Shown: positions 35,537 through 50,662, counted from the stretch's first letter. The stretch is DNA of 64,000 nt from Paraspadella gotoi (GCA_051294375.1 CM119270.1:10252808-10316807); one strand, 5' to 3'. Numbers and translations: made by a program. Notes: generated from the letters alone by a model not told the origin.

Positions 35537-38336
35537 ACAAGTTGCATAAAATACTAGTCAATATTTTGATACATCTTTGAAAGATCAGTATAAAAGTAAG
35601 TAACACTGTCACAGTGTAAAAGTAGGTTCATCTTCCCTTTCCATTCTCCCGCTCACCCGACTCAGTTTCCTTCTTCCTCCTTTTTTTTTCTTTCCTCCTT
35701 TCTTTTTCCCTCTCTCTGGGGACATTCTCTCTTCCACCCATTTCCCCCTCTTCATCTCCCCCTGTCCTTACGCTTCGTCAAGCAAGTTCATCATCTCAAC
35801 TTCTTCAGAACGCCTCGAGCTGAATTGGGTGATGGAGGAGGAAGGGAAGAAGGAGGAGGAAGAGGAGAAGGAGGAGGAGGAGGAGGAAGAAAAAGAAGAG
35901 AGATGGTAATATAACCAGGAATACGGGGAGAGGGTGGGGGTGGTGGGGAGTGGAGGTAGAGGAGAGAAAATATAATGAAGGAAGCGAGGAGTTGGGAAAA
36001 TGAAAAAAAAAGACTTAAAAATATATGAAGATGTAATAACCAGAGAGAACAGCACGAGAAAGGGGAAAAGAGAGAGAAAATTATTAAAAAGAAAAATATA
36101 AAAAAGATATTAAAGCAGTTTTTTTTTAAATATGATTTTCCGTACGTTAAATAAAAAAAGGAAGTGGATAAGTTAAAATATTTAGAAAAAGTGTTGACTA
36201 GATTGAGTTTAGATATTTGAAAAAAAGTTTAAGTAAAAAATGTTTCAAGAAAAAAAATTGGTCGGGCGAATTCGAGTGAAGAAAATGTGAATAGAGGGAG
36301 AAGAGATCGTTTCGAGAAAGAGAGAGGATATAGAGGAAGAGGAGGATGAGGAGGATGAGCAGGAGGAAGAGGATGGGAGAGTGGGGTTTGCCTTCCTCAA
36401 ACTGGATGCCCTGATGAATTTTGGAGGCGTTCTTAGTTCTTCTTAATCCGTGGGGACTTTTAGCTCCTCTCGTTCCCTTAACGTTCGCTTTATTGCTCTC
36501 TCTCTCTCTCTCTNNNNNNNNNNNNNNNNNNNNNNNNNNNNNNNNNNNNNNNNNNNNNNNNNNNNNNNNNNNNNNNNNNNNNNNNNNNNNNNNNNNNNNN
36601 NNNNNNNNNNNNNNNNNNNNNNNNNNNNNNNNNNNNNNNNNNNNNNNNNNNNNNNNNNNNNNNNNNNNNNNNNNNNNNNNNNNNNNNNNNNNNNNNNNNN
36701 NNNNNNNNNNNNNNNNNNNNNNNNNNNNNNNNNNNNNNNNNNNNNNNNNNNNNNNNNNNNNNNNNNNNNNGAGAGAGAGAGAGAGAGAGAGACTGGTAAC
36801 TTTGCTGATGGGACTCTTTCAAACTTGACAGTTCAGACGAAAATCATGGTGTTTGGAAAAAGAGGAGACGAAACCCCGCGCGCCCGGTTGAGGTACAAGT
36901 GACTGTGTTGTTTCCGCTGAACTGAGCTCTGTGGGCTGTCACAGAACGAGGTTGATGATATAAGCAACACAATCGTTGGGTTTAAATCAAACCAGTTCAA
37001 TTTAAACTGACTCTTTGCAAAGCAAATCTTAATTTTAAGACTTTTTTAAAGTTAATATATTTTAAAAAGGTAAAAGTAAAAGCAGGAATCCGTTTCTCTT
37101 TAAAAGTCTCGACAAAAAGAAAAATAAAAATCTGGAATTGTTTGGTTTCTCTTTCGGACTCGCCGCGGCATTTGTTTACCAACATTGGTTCTATTGACTT
37201 TTGACACGAATCGTCGGGGCGGAACAATGCGCGTTTCGGGGCCGCATTGGCCGGGTATGCGCGGAACGGGCCTTGACTCTTCGCTAAGCGGCATCCAAAC
37301 CGCGCCCACAAAATGCGTGATCGGGGCCGGGCNNNNNNNNNNNNNNNNNNNNNNNNNNNNNNNNNNNNNNNNNNNNNNNNNNNNNNNNNNNNNNNNNNNN
37401 NNNNNNNNNNNNNNNNNNNNNNNNNNNNNNNNNCTCTCTTTCTCTCTCTCTCTCCTCTCTTTCCGGCGTTTGGATCTTTTGCCTTTCCGCATGACCGGTC
37501 AGTTTTATCGCTTTTGCTCTGTGGCTGTCCTAATGTTTTTCACCAGGGAAATTCTCAGAGAGAGAGAGAGAGAGAGAGAGTAGAAACCATTGGATGGCAG
37601 AATCAAACGTTACTGCCAACGTTTGCTTTCGTTTATTGAGACGTCATCGTCCAAACATCCCTGGGTTATTGTTTATCTATTAACTTATTTTTAAAGTGTC
37701 GATTGTCGACTGCGGCGGGGGTTTTGGCGTGCCAGTGGCAGTGTCGATGATAGCAATACAGTGTCAATCATTGTCACCCCTCTTACCCGAAAGAGCGGGG
37801 GTGGCGTCGGGGTCTCAACACTCCTCCGCTACCCCGATTCGAGGGCGAGAAGGGGAAACGTTAATCGGAGAAGGGTTAAACCTCGGAAAACTGACGGGGT
37901 CCGAGGGTTAAATCTCGGCTCGATCTCCGTGCGGGGATCGGAGCTTGGATTTCCTGGTTCCAATCCCGCCCCCTTTAAATTACTTTCGGCCGTTTTTTTG
38001 AATTTACAGCTTTTTATTTGATTTTGTTTGAAATTACTTTAATATATTTCTTGAATTTTTTTCATTTTTCTTTTATTTTCTTTTTTTTNNNNNNNNNNNN
38101 NNNNNNNNNNNNNNNNNNNNNNNNNNNNNNNNNNNNNNNNNNNNNNNNNNNNNNNNNNNNNNNNNNNNNNNNNNNNNNNNNNNNNNNNNNNNNNNNNNNN
38201 NNNNNNNNNNNNNNNNNNNNNNNNNNNNNNNNNNNNNNNNNNNNNNNNNNNNNNNNNNNNNNNNNNNNNNNNNNNNNNNNNNNNNNNNNNNNNNNNNNNN
38301 NNNNNNNNNNNNNNNNNNNNNNNNNNNNNNNNNNNN

Positions 38337-38374
<38 letters not shown>

Positions 38375-40127
38375 TGCTTTTTTGTCCATCAACTCTTGCC
38401 TTGAAACTGTCGGTGAACCCCTTTCCCTTCCATTGCTCCTCCTTAATGGGTTTCTCCTGCTATGAATGAGGCAAATTCTATTTTCTGGGAGTTCCTCCCG
38501 CTTTTCTTCCCNNNNNNNNNNNNNNNNNNNNNNNNNNNNNNNNNNNNNNNNNNNNNNNNNNNNNNNNNNNNNNNNNNNNNNNNNNNNNNNNNNNNNNNNN
38601 NNNNNNNNNNNNNNNNNNNNNNNNNNNNNNNNNNNNNNNNNNNNNNNNNNNNNNNNNNNNNNNNNNNNNNNNNNNNNNNNNNNNNNNNNNNNNNNNNNNN
38701 NNNNNNNNNNNNNNNNNNNNNNNNNNNNNNNNNNNNNNNTTCCCTCGCCTGCGCAACGCGTTCATAAATTGGCTCCCAACCACCACATCCTCTCGACGAT
38801 GATGCTTCTCCATAATTTCATCATATCCTAAAAAGACTCGTCGTCCTCTCGATCTCCCATTTTTTCCTTTTTCCTTCCTTTTTCTTTATTGTCTTTCCCC
38901 GTATCCTTTTTTCGTCTTTTCTTCATTTTTAATATATATCTTTGTCTTTTTTCTTTCCCTTTCTTTCAATTTCATATTTTTAAAAAAAATCTTCCTTTTT
39001 TAATTTTGATTCTCTTTTTTAACTTCCAAATTCATCTAGGATTATTATTCATTCCTCTATTTTTACTCTCTTTTCTCCATCTCTCTCTCCCTTTCTCTCT
39101 TTCTCTCGACGGCGTCCATTTTCTCGGTTGCCCACCGCTTCATATTCCCCCATGTGCAACGAGCAGCGTTGGTGGCAACTTAACCAGTCAGCAATTGCCT
39201 TTGCGTCCTCAATGTCCCCGCGCTTCCTTCTCTCCAAATGCCAGATGAACGCTTCTCTCGTCGTCGCCGTCGTCGTCGTCGTCGTTCATCGTCGTCGGCC
39301 GTCATCGTTCACTTTGTCGTCGTCCTCGTCATCGTCGTCGTCATCTTCGCCGTTCATCAGCATTTTTTTCGCCCTGGGAATTTTTCGTACACAACAGATT
39401 CGCGTTGGTTTGGACTTGATGCGTCTTACCGGAAGGTTTATCGGTTGCGTTGGGCNNNNNNNNNNNNNNNNNNNNNNNNNNNNNNNNNNNNNNNNNNNNN
39501 NNNNNNNNNNNNNNNNNNNNNNNNNNNNNNNNNNNNNNNNNNNNNNNNNNNNNNNNNNNNNNNNNNNNNNNNNNNNNNNNNNNNNNNNNNNNNNNNNNNN
39601 NNNNNNNNNNNNNNNNNNNNNNNNNNNNNNNNNNNNNNNNNNNNNNNNNNNNNNNNNNNNNNNNNNNNNNNNNNNNNNNNNNNNNNNTCCTCATAGAAGG
39701 TCAAAATGGAAGAGAGGGACTTATACTAATGGTGCCCCGGCATTTATTTGCTTAGTGTTTTGAAAAAAAAATGAGAAAAAAACAATAAGCAAAACAAAAC
39801 CGAAAAAAAATCTGATACAAAGATGAGACCTCTGGTGAATCGTTTGAGGAAGAAGCCAAGGTCGGTGGGAATGTTTTGCAGGGAAGGGGAGGGCTGGTTG
39901 GAAGGGAGGTCGGAGAAAGGTGGGGGAAAAAGGGGACCACTTTCCCCCTCGAAAATGGACCAAACGGTTTCGCGGAAAGGAAGGAAATAAAGAGAAGGAA
40001 TAAAGACAACAAACGCTCCCCGCTTGTTTATACGATCTGCGTTAAATTACTTTTTTCGCCGAAAGTGTGTTTATTTCGCTAAACCGAGAGGAACGTTGAG
40101 AGCGAAGTTCGTAATCCGCGTCAGTTG

Positions 40128-40236
<109 letters not shown>

Positions 40237-40624
40237 GCGTTATGACGATGTTCGATTCACGAAAATAGCAACCTTGGTCATCTTGGCGAAGACGATCCCG
40301 TGAGATCACGTGAGGCTCACATTAATGAAATAACGTGATTGTCGAGATTTTGCAGTCACGTGATAGGATGCGTTGGAGGGACGATCGGTATGTATTTCGA
40401 AAATGAGTTAAAGAAAAAAACGGAAAATAAAGAAGGAAAATAGGAAAAGAAGAGAGAAGGAAAGAAGGAAAGAAAAAAGAAGGAAAGAAAATCGAAGAGC
40501 CAGGATCGGGTCGATGCTGACCTCAGCAAGAGTCCGGACTAAAGACCACTGGGCACATAATGAGATGAGTGGGCAGCGGCGCGGTCAAGCTGAGAACGAG
40601 AGAAGAGAGGCGCAAGACTGAAGC

Positions 40625-40729
<105 letters not shown>

Positions 40730-42076
40730 AATTGGTTAGCATGAAGGGGTTTGGCGAACCCTTCCTTCCCCTTATCACTCGGTGGCTCATACATAATTTC
40801 TCTCGCCGCATGAAATGTAAGTCAGGGGGTGAGAAGATGGTAAGGGATATACGAAGGGTAGGAGAGTTGTTGTCGTTGTTGTTGCTATCAGATGAGCTTA
40901 TACAAAAGATAGTTTAAGTCGCCCAAAATCTGTGGTTAGAGACGGGAAAACATGACGCTGTCCAAGAATATGAAATAAAGAGAAAAACCGTAGGAGCTCC
41001 TTCAACGATTCTTGACGTTTCATTTCAATTAATTAATCTGTTGGAGCAAGAAACAATGGTGACGTCATCACTGACCGCGCTTGACCCCATGCTTATTCCA
41101 TGGAATCGGTCAACATTCAACTCCATGACTTTTAATAATCTTCTTCAACTCTTCTTTCCATCTCATTCCAATCGTCCGTTCGAAAAAAAAGTTCGAGGAA
41201 TGTTTTTGACGCGATCAAGCCTTTTCTCACTCCACAAATTCGTCTCTCTCTCTTGCTAGATCGGANNNNNNNNNNNNNNNNNNNNNNNNNNNNNNNNNNN
41301 NNNNNNNNNNNNNNNNNNNNNNNNNNNNNNNNNNNNNNNNNNNNNNNNNNNNNNNNNNNNNNNNNNNNNNNNNNNNNNNNNNNNNNNNNNNNNNNNNNNN
41401 NNNNNNNNNNNNNNNNNNNNNNNNNNNNNNNNNNNNNNNNNNNNNNNNNNNNNNNNNNNNNNNNNNNNNNNNNNNNNNNNNNNNNNNNNNNNNNNNNNNN
41501 NNNNNNNNNNNNNNNNNNNNNNNNNNNNNNNNNNNNNNNNNNNNNNNNNNNNNNNNNNNNNNNNNNNNNNNNNNNNNNNNNNNNNNNNNNNNNNNNNAGA
41601 GAGAGAGAGAAAGAAAGAAAGAGAGAAGGCTGCTCTCTCTCTATCTCTCTTTTTTTGCCCTCAGCCATGCGCTTGGCGGATTTTTCTCCCCCACTCTCTA
41701 CTCCAAAAGGATCCTGGGAAATCTCGCCGAGCGCCTTGAACCCTTTTTTTTTTCACCAAAACTTTCAATCACATTCGGGTTTAAAAAAAAAATTAAAAGA
41801 GGTAGTTGAAATGTTTTCAAATTCAATGAAATACTTTTACAGAGTTACCCTAGAACTTGTAATCAGGGGTCCACCTCCTTACGCCTGACAAGTGTTTAAG
41901 CGAGAGAGATATGGCGAAAGTGGAAGGGAAATCCTTAAAGAGAAAGAAAACAAACTTTTATATATGTAGTATAAATTAAAGGGGTAAAAAAGTCCTTTGA
42001 TGTGTAAACCTAAATTGAAAGAAAAAATTCTATTCAGTTGGGCCACTTTTTAATATTTTTGAGGCAAAAGAGAATC

Positions 42077-42117
<41 letters not shown>

Positions 42118-44555
42118 CTCTCTCTTCTTTTTCACATAATCGTTATTTCGCCTCAAAAAGTCACCGATGCAAGAAATGAGCGCAACCTTTAACCAACTTA
42201 CGCTTCTTTTCACGAAGGAGAAACCGCTTCTCATTCACCCATTCACTCACACACAGATATGACACACAGACTCAGCTTTTTATAAGCTGCCTTGCACAGA
42301 TTATATACACGCTTGCACCATGAGACACTCCCTCGTATATTGCGTCATGTCAAAAAAAAGACGGATGGAGAGAGAGAGATGAGAGAGAGAGAGGAGGTGG
42401 GAGGATGGGGGGGAAGGTATGATACGTTACTCACTCTCACCGCATGACAGAAGCTTCAAAGGAGTCCTTTTTGTGAATTTTTTTATTTCTATTCTGTTCT
42501 ATTTTCTCGTCCTCTCTCTCTCTCTACTCTCTCTCTTTTTTCCTTCTTTTTCTTTTCTTGGACGCTATTTGAAGTGTATAGAGAAGTTACAAGCAGAGAA
42601 ACATTACTCCTTTTTATTTTCTTCTCTTTCTTTTTTCTTTTTCTTCTTGTTTCTCTCTCTCTCTTCTCTCTCTCTGCTCTCTCTCTCTCTCTCTCTTNNN
42701 NNNNNNNNNNNNNNNNNNNNNNNNNNNNNNNNNNNNNNNNNNNNNNNNNNNNNNNNNNNNNNNNNNNNNNNNNNNNNNNNNNNNNNNNNNNNNNNNNNNN
42801 NNNNNNNNNNNNNNNNNNNNNNNNNNNNNNNNNNNNNNNNNNNNNNNNNNNNNNNNNNNNNNNNNNNNNNNNNNNNNNNNNNNCTCTCTCTCTCTCTCTC
42901 TCTCATTCTTTTTCTCAAGCTCCCTCTCCCGAGTTGTCATTTTCCGTCTCTCTCCCCCTCAGCTTCAATGGTTATCTTTTAAGCCGCGATTTCTGACTCG
43001 GAAATTTATGATTTTTTTTCTTTTTTACAAGTATAAAAGAGGACTGAGAGAGAGAGCGACAGAGTGAGTGAGAGAGTCTAAAAGGTGATCTGGCTGTGGA
43101 GTGTGGACTTCAAAAAAATCTTTCACAATAAAAATGTGATCGAGTGGAGCCAGTGGAAGGCCGTTCATGTTTCATCTACTTTCTGTTTTTCAGCTCAGGT
43201 TAAATTTTTTCAAGACATAATAATATGATTTTTTTACTTTTTACAAATATTTTTTGCTATTGAATCATATTCGTGGGTCATTTTCGGCCGGGCACGATGT
43301 TTCGTGAAACACACTTTGATGCTTCGTTTCGGAAAAAGCCTTTTTTTCCAGAAACTACGTTTGCACTCCCAACCTGGTTCGCGGCGTCGCTATCGACGGC
43401 GGCGCAGGCGACGGCGTCGGCGGCCGCAGCAGCGCCAGCGTCAACATGATTGCGTAAATGGCTTGAATATGACCCTTTTTATGCTTTGGGTCTTCATCAG
43501 AGGCGTCTTCAGATGTTGAGGTGGTCACGTAAGAATTCATGATTCTCTTCTCCATCTCTCTCTCGTTCTTCTCTCTTCTCTCTCTCTCTCTTCTCTTCTC
43601 TCATCTCTCTCTCTCTCTCTCTCACAACACACATCAACCAACACACTCTCTGGCCAGAAAGAATCCCCAGACGCATTAAAATCGTCGAAACTCGGGTAGG
43701 ACGAAGGCGGTGCGTAAAACTCGGCCCCCACAGACTCGGGGTTTTTTTTACCGAGGCCATTTGACGGTCGGTGGGTCGGTTCTTGGGAGGGGTTTTAGTC
43801 TTGGGAGAGCAGGGGTGGAAACGCTGTAACAGGGGGTAAGGTCGTAAAGGGTGGGAAAGAGTTATGATGAACGAAAAATAGTTCTTTAAAAAATGTAGAG
43901 CGACCTCTCTGCAATTGATTGAAAGGTATCTGGCCAAGAAATCACTGAAAGTATAAGCTGGCAAGATTTTATTTAATATAAAAATATAATTACTTTAAGG
44001 ACATACGCTTTCTAATGCTTAACTTAAAAAGTAAATTAACATTCAACTAAACCTTTCTTTTTTATAGTTATTTGTTATTAAAGCTCAGCTCAAGTATTTG
44101 GGTCAGTTCATCTTGTATTTATTTTCCCTCCTGGACTCACCTTTTTGCCCAACATAAAATTGAGGGGAAGAATTCGGGAAGATTAGAAAGTCAAACATCG
44201 GACGATGTTGAAGACCGAGACGTCCCTTGACCGGGTTTGACTAGTGACCTAGACTCTCTCTCTCTCTCTCTCTCTNNNNNNNNNNNNNNNNNNNNNNNNN
44301 NNNNNNNNNNNNNNNNNNNNNNNNNNNNNNNNNNNNNNNNNNNNNNNNNNNNNNNNNNNNNNNNNNNNNNNNNNNNNNNNNNNNNNNNNNNNNNNNNNNN
44401 NNNNNNNNNNNNNNNNNNNNNNNNNNNNNNNNNNNNNNNNNNNNNNNNNNNNNNNNNNNNNNNNNNNNNNNNNNNNNNNNNNNNNNNNNNNNNTATGGAT
44501 TGTTTACATTCGGAGAATCGTTTGGTGGGTTTAGAGTCCCAAGATCTGTTACGAC

Positions 44556-44600
<45 letters not shown>

Positions 44601-45912
44601 GGACCCAAAGCAGGCTACCAGATGCCTTCCTACCAGGCTCCTCTTTCTCTTTCTTTAATTCTTTCGCTTTTTCACTTTCTCTTAATATTTAATTAACTAA
44701 ATGTATTTTCAAAAAAACTTTTCTTCCTCTTCTTCCTCCGTTAAGTTTTTCGCCGTCGGTTATTTCAATTACCATCTTTACTTAAAAACAAAACGAAAAA
44801 GACATGGCGTTTAAAAATATTTTTTTCCCTCTTATTAAATTTTTTTTAGGTCTTAGTAGTACTTCCGTAGGAGAGCTCTTTAAAAAAAAAACAATAAAAA
44901 ACTTACATATAATTTCATTCGAAAAGCCGAGGCAAAGAAAATTCAATATTCGCCTCAAGTTTGAAAAGGAATTACTTTAAAATAAATCTTCCGTTCGAAA
45001 TGACATGGCTTCAAAAAAAGAGGTATTTTAAACGTTGGCAATTAACGCCCAAATAGACACCGTTATGACATTAAAGCGAAGCCTAAATTTAAAAAAAAGT
45101 TCAACGAAGCGTGAAAAACGAACTTGTTAGGTTTTTTTTGTCAGTAACGTCACCTTAAGTTAAGAATTAACCATTATTTTTTTGTGGGCGGAGCTGAGTT
45201 CGTTTAACGAACCGGAGTTGCATTTATTTTCACAAACTTCGAATGCTGGAAACATGTGATGCGATAAATTATTCGGGAGATTATTTTTTGGACGTAAACA
45301 TTGCTACAGATTTTAAGTTAGATTTCGATAGCGTTATTTACTACTAGTTAATACTACATATAATATTTATTTTGTCTGTCCACTTTTTGCCTCTTTTATC
45401 AGCTCTTTTTTTATCAGTTTCGTGAATTCGAGTCTGAGTGAAATTCTTTCGCGGTTTTCGTGAACTTCGCTCGCAGCTGTTCGCTCTTCACGAAATCGCC
45501 GACGAAGGAAAAAGCGTTCACGGTCTAAGCTGTTAAGCGAATTTAGTTGTGAACCCGATTTCACTGTAAAAGATGTTAGCTGTAAGGGTTACAGTGTAAT
45601 AATAAGACTAGAAATATTTCATATATTTCAAATCATCACCATCTCTCAAAACAGACTATTGCGATGAAATGGCTTCTCATTCATTCTAAGAAAGTGCTCT
45701 CCTGAGCTCTTTCTTTCAATGAGAGGTTAATCTCCAAGATATAGCCTAAACTGGATCCTCAGGTAAATTTGTCTGATTGCAATCGTTATTCTGCGCTAAA
45801 TTATGTTGACTGAAATGAGGATAAAAAAGAAAAATAAGAATTCGATTATGACTGAAAAAATAAAATTGTTTGTTAGAAAGTATGTTGGAAAGTCAGCGTG
45901 GATGAATGGATG

Positions 45913-45970
<58 letters not shown>

Positions 45971-46850
45971 AAGGAAAAAATTCTGGGAAAAAACACAGGC
46001 ATAAATTTAAACGACAAGAATAAAACAAAAGATATTTTTTTGGTTTTTTTGTTTTAGAATTTTTTTTATTTTTAAGTTTTCTCAAAACTTTTCTACTAAG
46101 AAGAAAGAATTTTTATTTAAAAAGATCATAAATTAAACAGGCTATAAAGGGGAAGTTTGGTTTAGACCTGGAAACTGATCGCTTTGGTCAAAATAATGAA
46201 AGATATTAAAAGAAACATTTTTTTAGAATTTTATTGTTGTTACCGATTATAAGTTGATTGTGATTGCGCGCACATTTAAAATTAAAAAAAAAAGCGGAGC
46301 ATTGTCGACGCAACGGCCCGGGAGTAAGCGTTTTTCCGGTGACACAAAAGGCGGCGCTCTATTAATCATCGTGGATGTTTGAGAAAATAAAACCAAAATA
46401 CGTTTAAAGAAAAAAAGTTTTCTTTTTCGCTCTTAATGTCTTTGATCTCGGCCCAAAAAAGGAGAGTTTTTTAAGGCACTCTTTTGTTTTTGAGAGAGAG
46501 AGAGAGAGATGAAGAAACTTCAAAAGGGAAACCGCTGGAGTTTTTGGCTCGCAGGTTCCACCGCTCAGTTAGAAAAAGAGAGCGAACAAAAACAAAATGG
46601 CCATAGATAAAACAATAACAAGCGAGAAATACAAAAATGTTTCCCAGCCAAAAGATTTTCCTTTTTTTTCTGTTTCAAAGAAAGTCCAAAGATCTCCGTG
46701 AAAAAGAAAAACATTTTCACAAGAAAAATGATCGCGGAACTTAGCTGTTTTTTTTTCATCGGCGAAAGTATATTGGAGATTATGTACTCATCGTCAGAGG
46801 GCGATTTTGGAAAATCGTTTTCTGCGAATTCGATGAATGACTGAGGGTCC

Positions 46851-46918
46851 GTCAATCGTCTATCGTCAATCGTCAATCGTCAATTGCCAATTGTCAATCG
46901 TCAATTGTCAATCGTCAT
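46851..46918. repeat. 7-bp tandem repeat (gtcaatc/gtcaatt)n, about 9-10 units
   Basis: gtcaatcgtctatcgtcaatcgtcaatcgtcaattgccaattgtcaatc... Confidence 0.9.
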
Positions 46919-47979
46919 TCTTGTTAGTCTGTTAATTTGCGTCAAGACCAAATTAACCCCAGTAATTTTTTTAAATAAGGCTTCTAAAAGTTAATTTTCG
47001 CCATATACAATTTTTTTAAGACGACAAAATTACACGGCGAGATTAATAAGAGTTAACTATACAGAGCGAAAGCGATTACAACCGGAAAAATAATCAAGTA
47101 AAAATTGAGACTCATTCCATCGTAAACGTCTGTCCATTTTCTTCTGGTTATAATTAAAAACTCCTCATTCTGGTTCTCCTAATCTTGAGTCGTTTTTCTC
47201 TCGATTCCAAACCTTTTGTCGCGGCGAACGCTCGAGGAAGCGTGAGCCAGATATGGCGAAAAAACTACACTCTCACATTCTTTATAACTTATTCTCATTT
47301 TTTCCCTTTTTTTCTTTTTGATTTTTTTTTTTTTTTTTGCATTTGTTTAGTTTTTGCTTTTACTTGGATTTTCAACGGAGATGACAGAACGAGACCGCGG
47401 GGCCTCGAAATTCGACGCAAACTGGTTTTGTTTTATCCCTACGAAAAAAAGGAACTTTTATAAACGTCAATGTTTTTTTTACCTTCGACATCGATGGGTG
47501 AATTTTTAGCCTTTTGAATGAACATCAAAAACAACGAAAACAACAAAAACGTCGTTTGAATAGACGATTCATGTTGAGCGGAAAAAAGCAAACGCCTTCT
47601 CTCTCTCTCACTCTCTCTCTCTCTCTCTCTCGCTCTCTACTACTCTCTCTCTCTCTCCTCTCTCTCGTCTCTCTCTCTCGTCATCTCTCTCTCTCTCTCT
47701 CTCTCGTCTTTCTTTTTTTCATCTCTCTAGCCCTCTTTCTCATCGCCTTGATTTCATGTGTTTCGCCATCATTAGATAGTATAAATTTGATGGTCGACTT
47801 TAAATTTGATTAGACGGGAGAAGCATTTTGGGCCCCGGGATGGAAGCCGAGGGATCAACTCGAGACGCTCCGCTCGAGAAAAACCCAGCTTCCTTCTCTC
47901 TCTCTCTCTCTCTCCCTCTCTCTCTTCTCTCTTCTCTCTCTCCTCATCTCTCTCTCGTCTTATTTCTCTCTTCTCTACT

Positions 47980-48010
<31 letters not shown>

Positions 48011-49014
48011 CTGTCTTTTCTCTCACTTTTTTTTCTCTCATCTTTACTTCTCTCTCTCTCGTCTCTCATCTCTCTCTTCTCTCTCTTTATTTCTCTTATC
48101 TCTCTTTCTCTCTTTTTTTTCTCCTTCTTTACAGTAGCTCTCGAATTGACTTTTCGACCGAGTTCCAATAACATTTTTTGAGCGTTTTATCACCAACATT
48201 CATAGTCAAAAGCGGCGCGCTCTTCTCTCTCTAGCATAGATCAAAGCAAGTAATCCTTACTAGCCAGTCTCTCTCTCTCATCCTCGTCTCATCTCTCCAG
48301 GCGTCTCTCTCATCGTCGTCTCCTCCTCTCATCTCTCTCTCTCTCTCTCTCGCTCGCTCTCGCTTTATCACCCTTGCGTCATGGTTGTCTCTTTGAGGAT
48401 AAAGATCCCAAAAAATAACTTTTTCTGCCGATTTGTTTCCGAGGCGAATTCATAAATAATATTCTTTCCCTTTTGTAAACACATCGTGAAACAAAAGCAA
48501 ACAGATGATGCGCGGGAAAACAAAATAGGAGCGGCGTGTCGAAGCGAATTGTTTGAACGGTTGACTAGTTCTTAAAAAGAATTACCAATCAATGATCATT
48601 ATCGGGCCGTTTGAGATCCGATTTTAGAATTATTAGAGAATTACTTGTATTGGCTGTTTATATTTTCCCGTAATCTTTCTGAAAAAGAGGATTATCCTCT
48701 CATTTTTAGAGATTTGACTTTTGTCAGTCTCTGTTCCTTTCCCCCTCATATGTAAATTGTATCATTCTTTTTCTTTTATTTCATTTTCTCATAGAATCGA
48801 CACCGACGTGAGGAGAAAAAAAATGATGTCATAAGAAAGAAAAAAAACGTATTTGTTTTGTATTTTTTCTCCTATTTTCTGTCTCTCTTTTTCTGTCTCT
48901 CTTTTTCCCCTTTTTTTTCATTTTCTATCTCTGAATAACATGTCCCCAGTTTCGGTGGGACTCCCGTTGACTGCTACGATCCGCCCTCCGACCGAGACTT
49001 ACCCAACTTTCAGC

Positions 49015-49113
<99 letters not shown>

Positions 49114-49883
49114 TTGTGCCCTTGGGCCGACAGAGCGCGTCTCTTTTTCTCTTTCCCTCCCTTCCTCCTTCCCTCTCTCTCTCTCGCTCTCTCTTTGCCC
49201 CCCGGGGTTTCCCTCTTTCCACCCCCGGGGAGCTTCGATCACCGTCTCTTCCCTTCTCTTTCGTTTTCTGTCACTTTTATCACGTTTTCATCCTCGTTAA
49301 ACTATATTTTTTATTATTTTTTATTATTTTATTATTTTTTTCGAATTAACCAAAAATAAGGAAACTTTTTCGAAAGTTCGGACGAGATTATTTCGTCCCC
49401 TTTTTTTTCCTTCGTAAAACTTGCAAAGGAATGTTTAATTGGGAACATTTAGATAAAACTGTTTCACTTTTAAAAACCCGGTAAAATTATTTTTACTATT
49501 ATTTGATATCTTTATGCCAGGTTTAAGGCCCATAAGCTAGCTAGCTATTAGTATCTTTTTTATTATTAAACTTGTTTTTATAGAAAATTAATCATGAATG
49601 AAAGAGAAAATTTGATGTTATTGGATATAAATAAAATCGGAAAAAAAGTCCTTCGATCGAACTCAATTCAACAGGTTTGGCGGGAGATCGTCACTCTGTC
49701 TCTCTCTCTTTCTCTCTTTCTCTCTCTCTCTCTNNNNNNNNNNNNNNNNNNNNNNNNNNNNNNNNNNNNNNNNNNNNNNNNNNNNNNNNNNNNNNNNNNN
49801 NNNNNNNNNNNNNNNNNNNNNNNNNNNNNNNNNNNNNNNNNNNNNNNNNNNNNNNNNNNNNNNNNNNNNNNNNNNNNNNNNNN

Positions 49884-49919
<36 letters not shown>

Positions 49920-50221
49920 CGTCGGGAAGGATCGCGTTTTTGCTTCCATTTGATAAAACTTATTAAAAAGAATTCGTAATGGATAGGGGAGACGAATTTT
50001 ACACTCTTGGAGAAGAGACGGAGATTTTGAAAAGTTAGTTGATTTATAATATAAACATTGCCTCTCTTGACTTTCTCTATTTTTTTTTTCAGATCAAACA
50101 GATATACGGACTGTACGCGGCGAGTCTGTCTAAAGAGGCAGAGAGAGAAAAAAGAGATTATGCATGAGAGTCATTCATTGGTGATGAGCTAAATAGATAT
50201 TGGCGGCGACTTCCGCGAAAA

Positions 50222-50284
<63 letters not shown>

Positions 50285-50628
50285 GGCTAAGCGAAAGGCG
50301 AAAGAAAGAGAGAGTCGGAACAATAGATGGGAAATGAATATTAGATGTATGTACTCTATGCTTCGGCCAGGNNNNNNNNNNNNNNNNNNNNNNNNNNNNN
50401 NNNNNNNNNNNNNNNNNNNNNNNNNNNNNNNNNNNNNNNNNNNNNNNNNNNNNNNNNNNNNNNNNNNNNNNNNNNNNNNNNNNNNNNNNNNNNNNNNNNN
50501 NNNNNNNNNNNNNNNNNNNNNNNNNNNNNNNNNNNNNNNNNNNNNNNNNNNNNNNNNNNNNNNNNNNNNNNNNNNNNNNNNNNNNNNNNNNNNNNNNNNN
50601 NNNNNNNNNNNNNNNNNNNNNNNNNNNN

Positions 50629-50662
<34 letters not shown>

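Noticed and set aside
37761-37770. TGATTGACAC (minus strand) as a Pbx-Meis autoregulatory site
   Set aside because: A single 9/10 match to TGATTGACAG is expected by chance in 64 kb.
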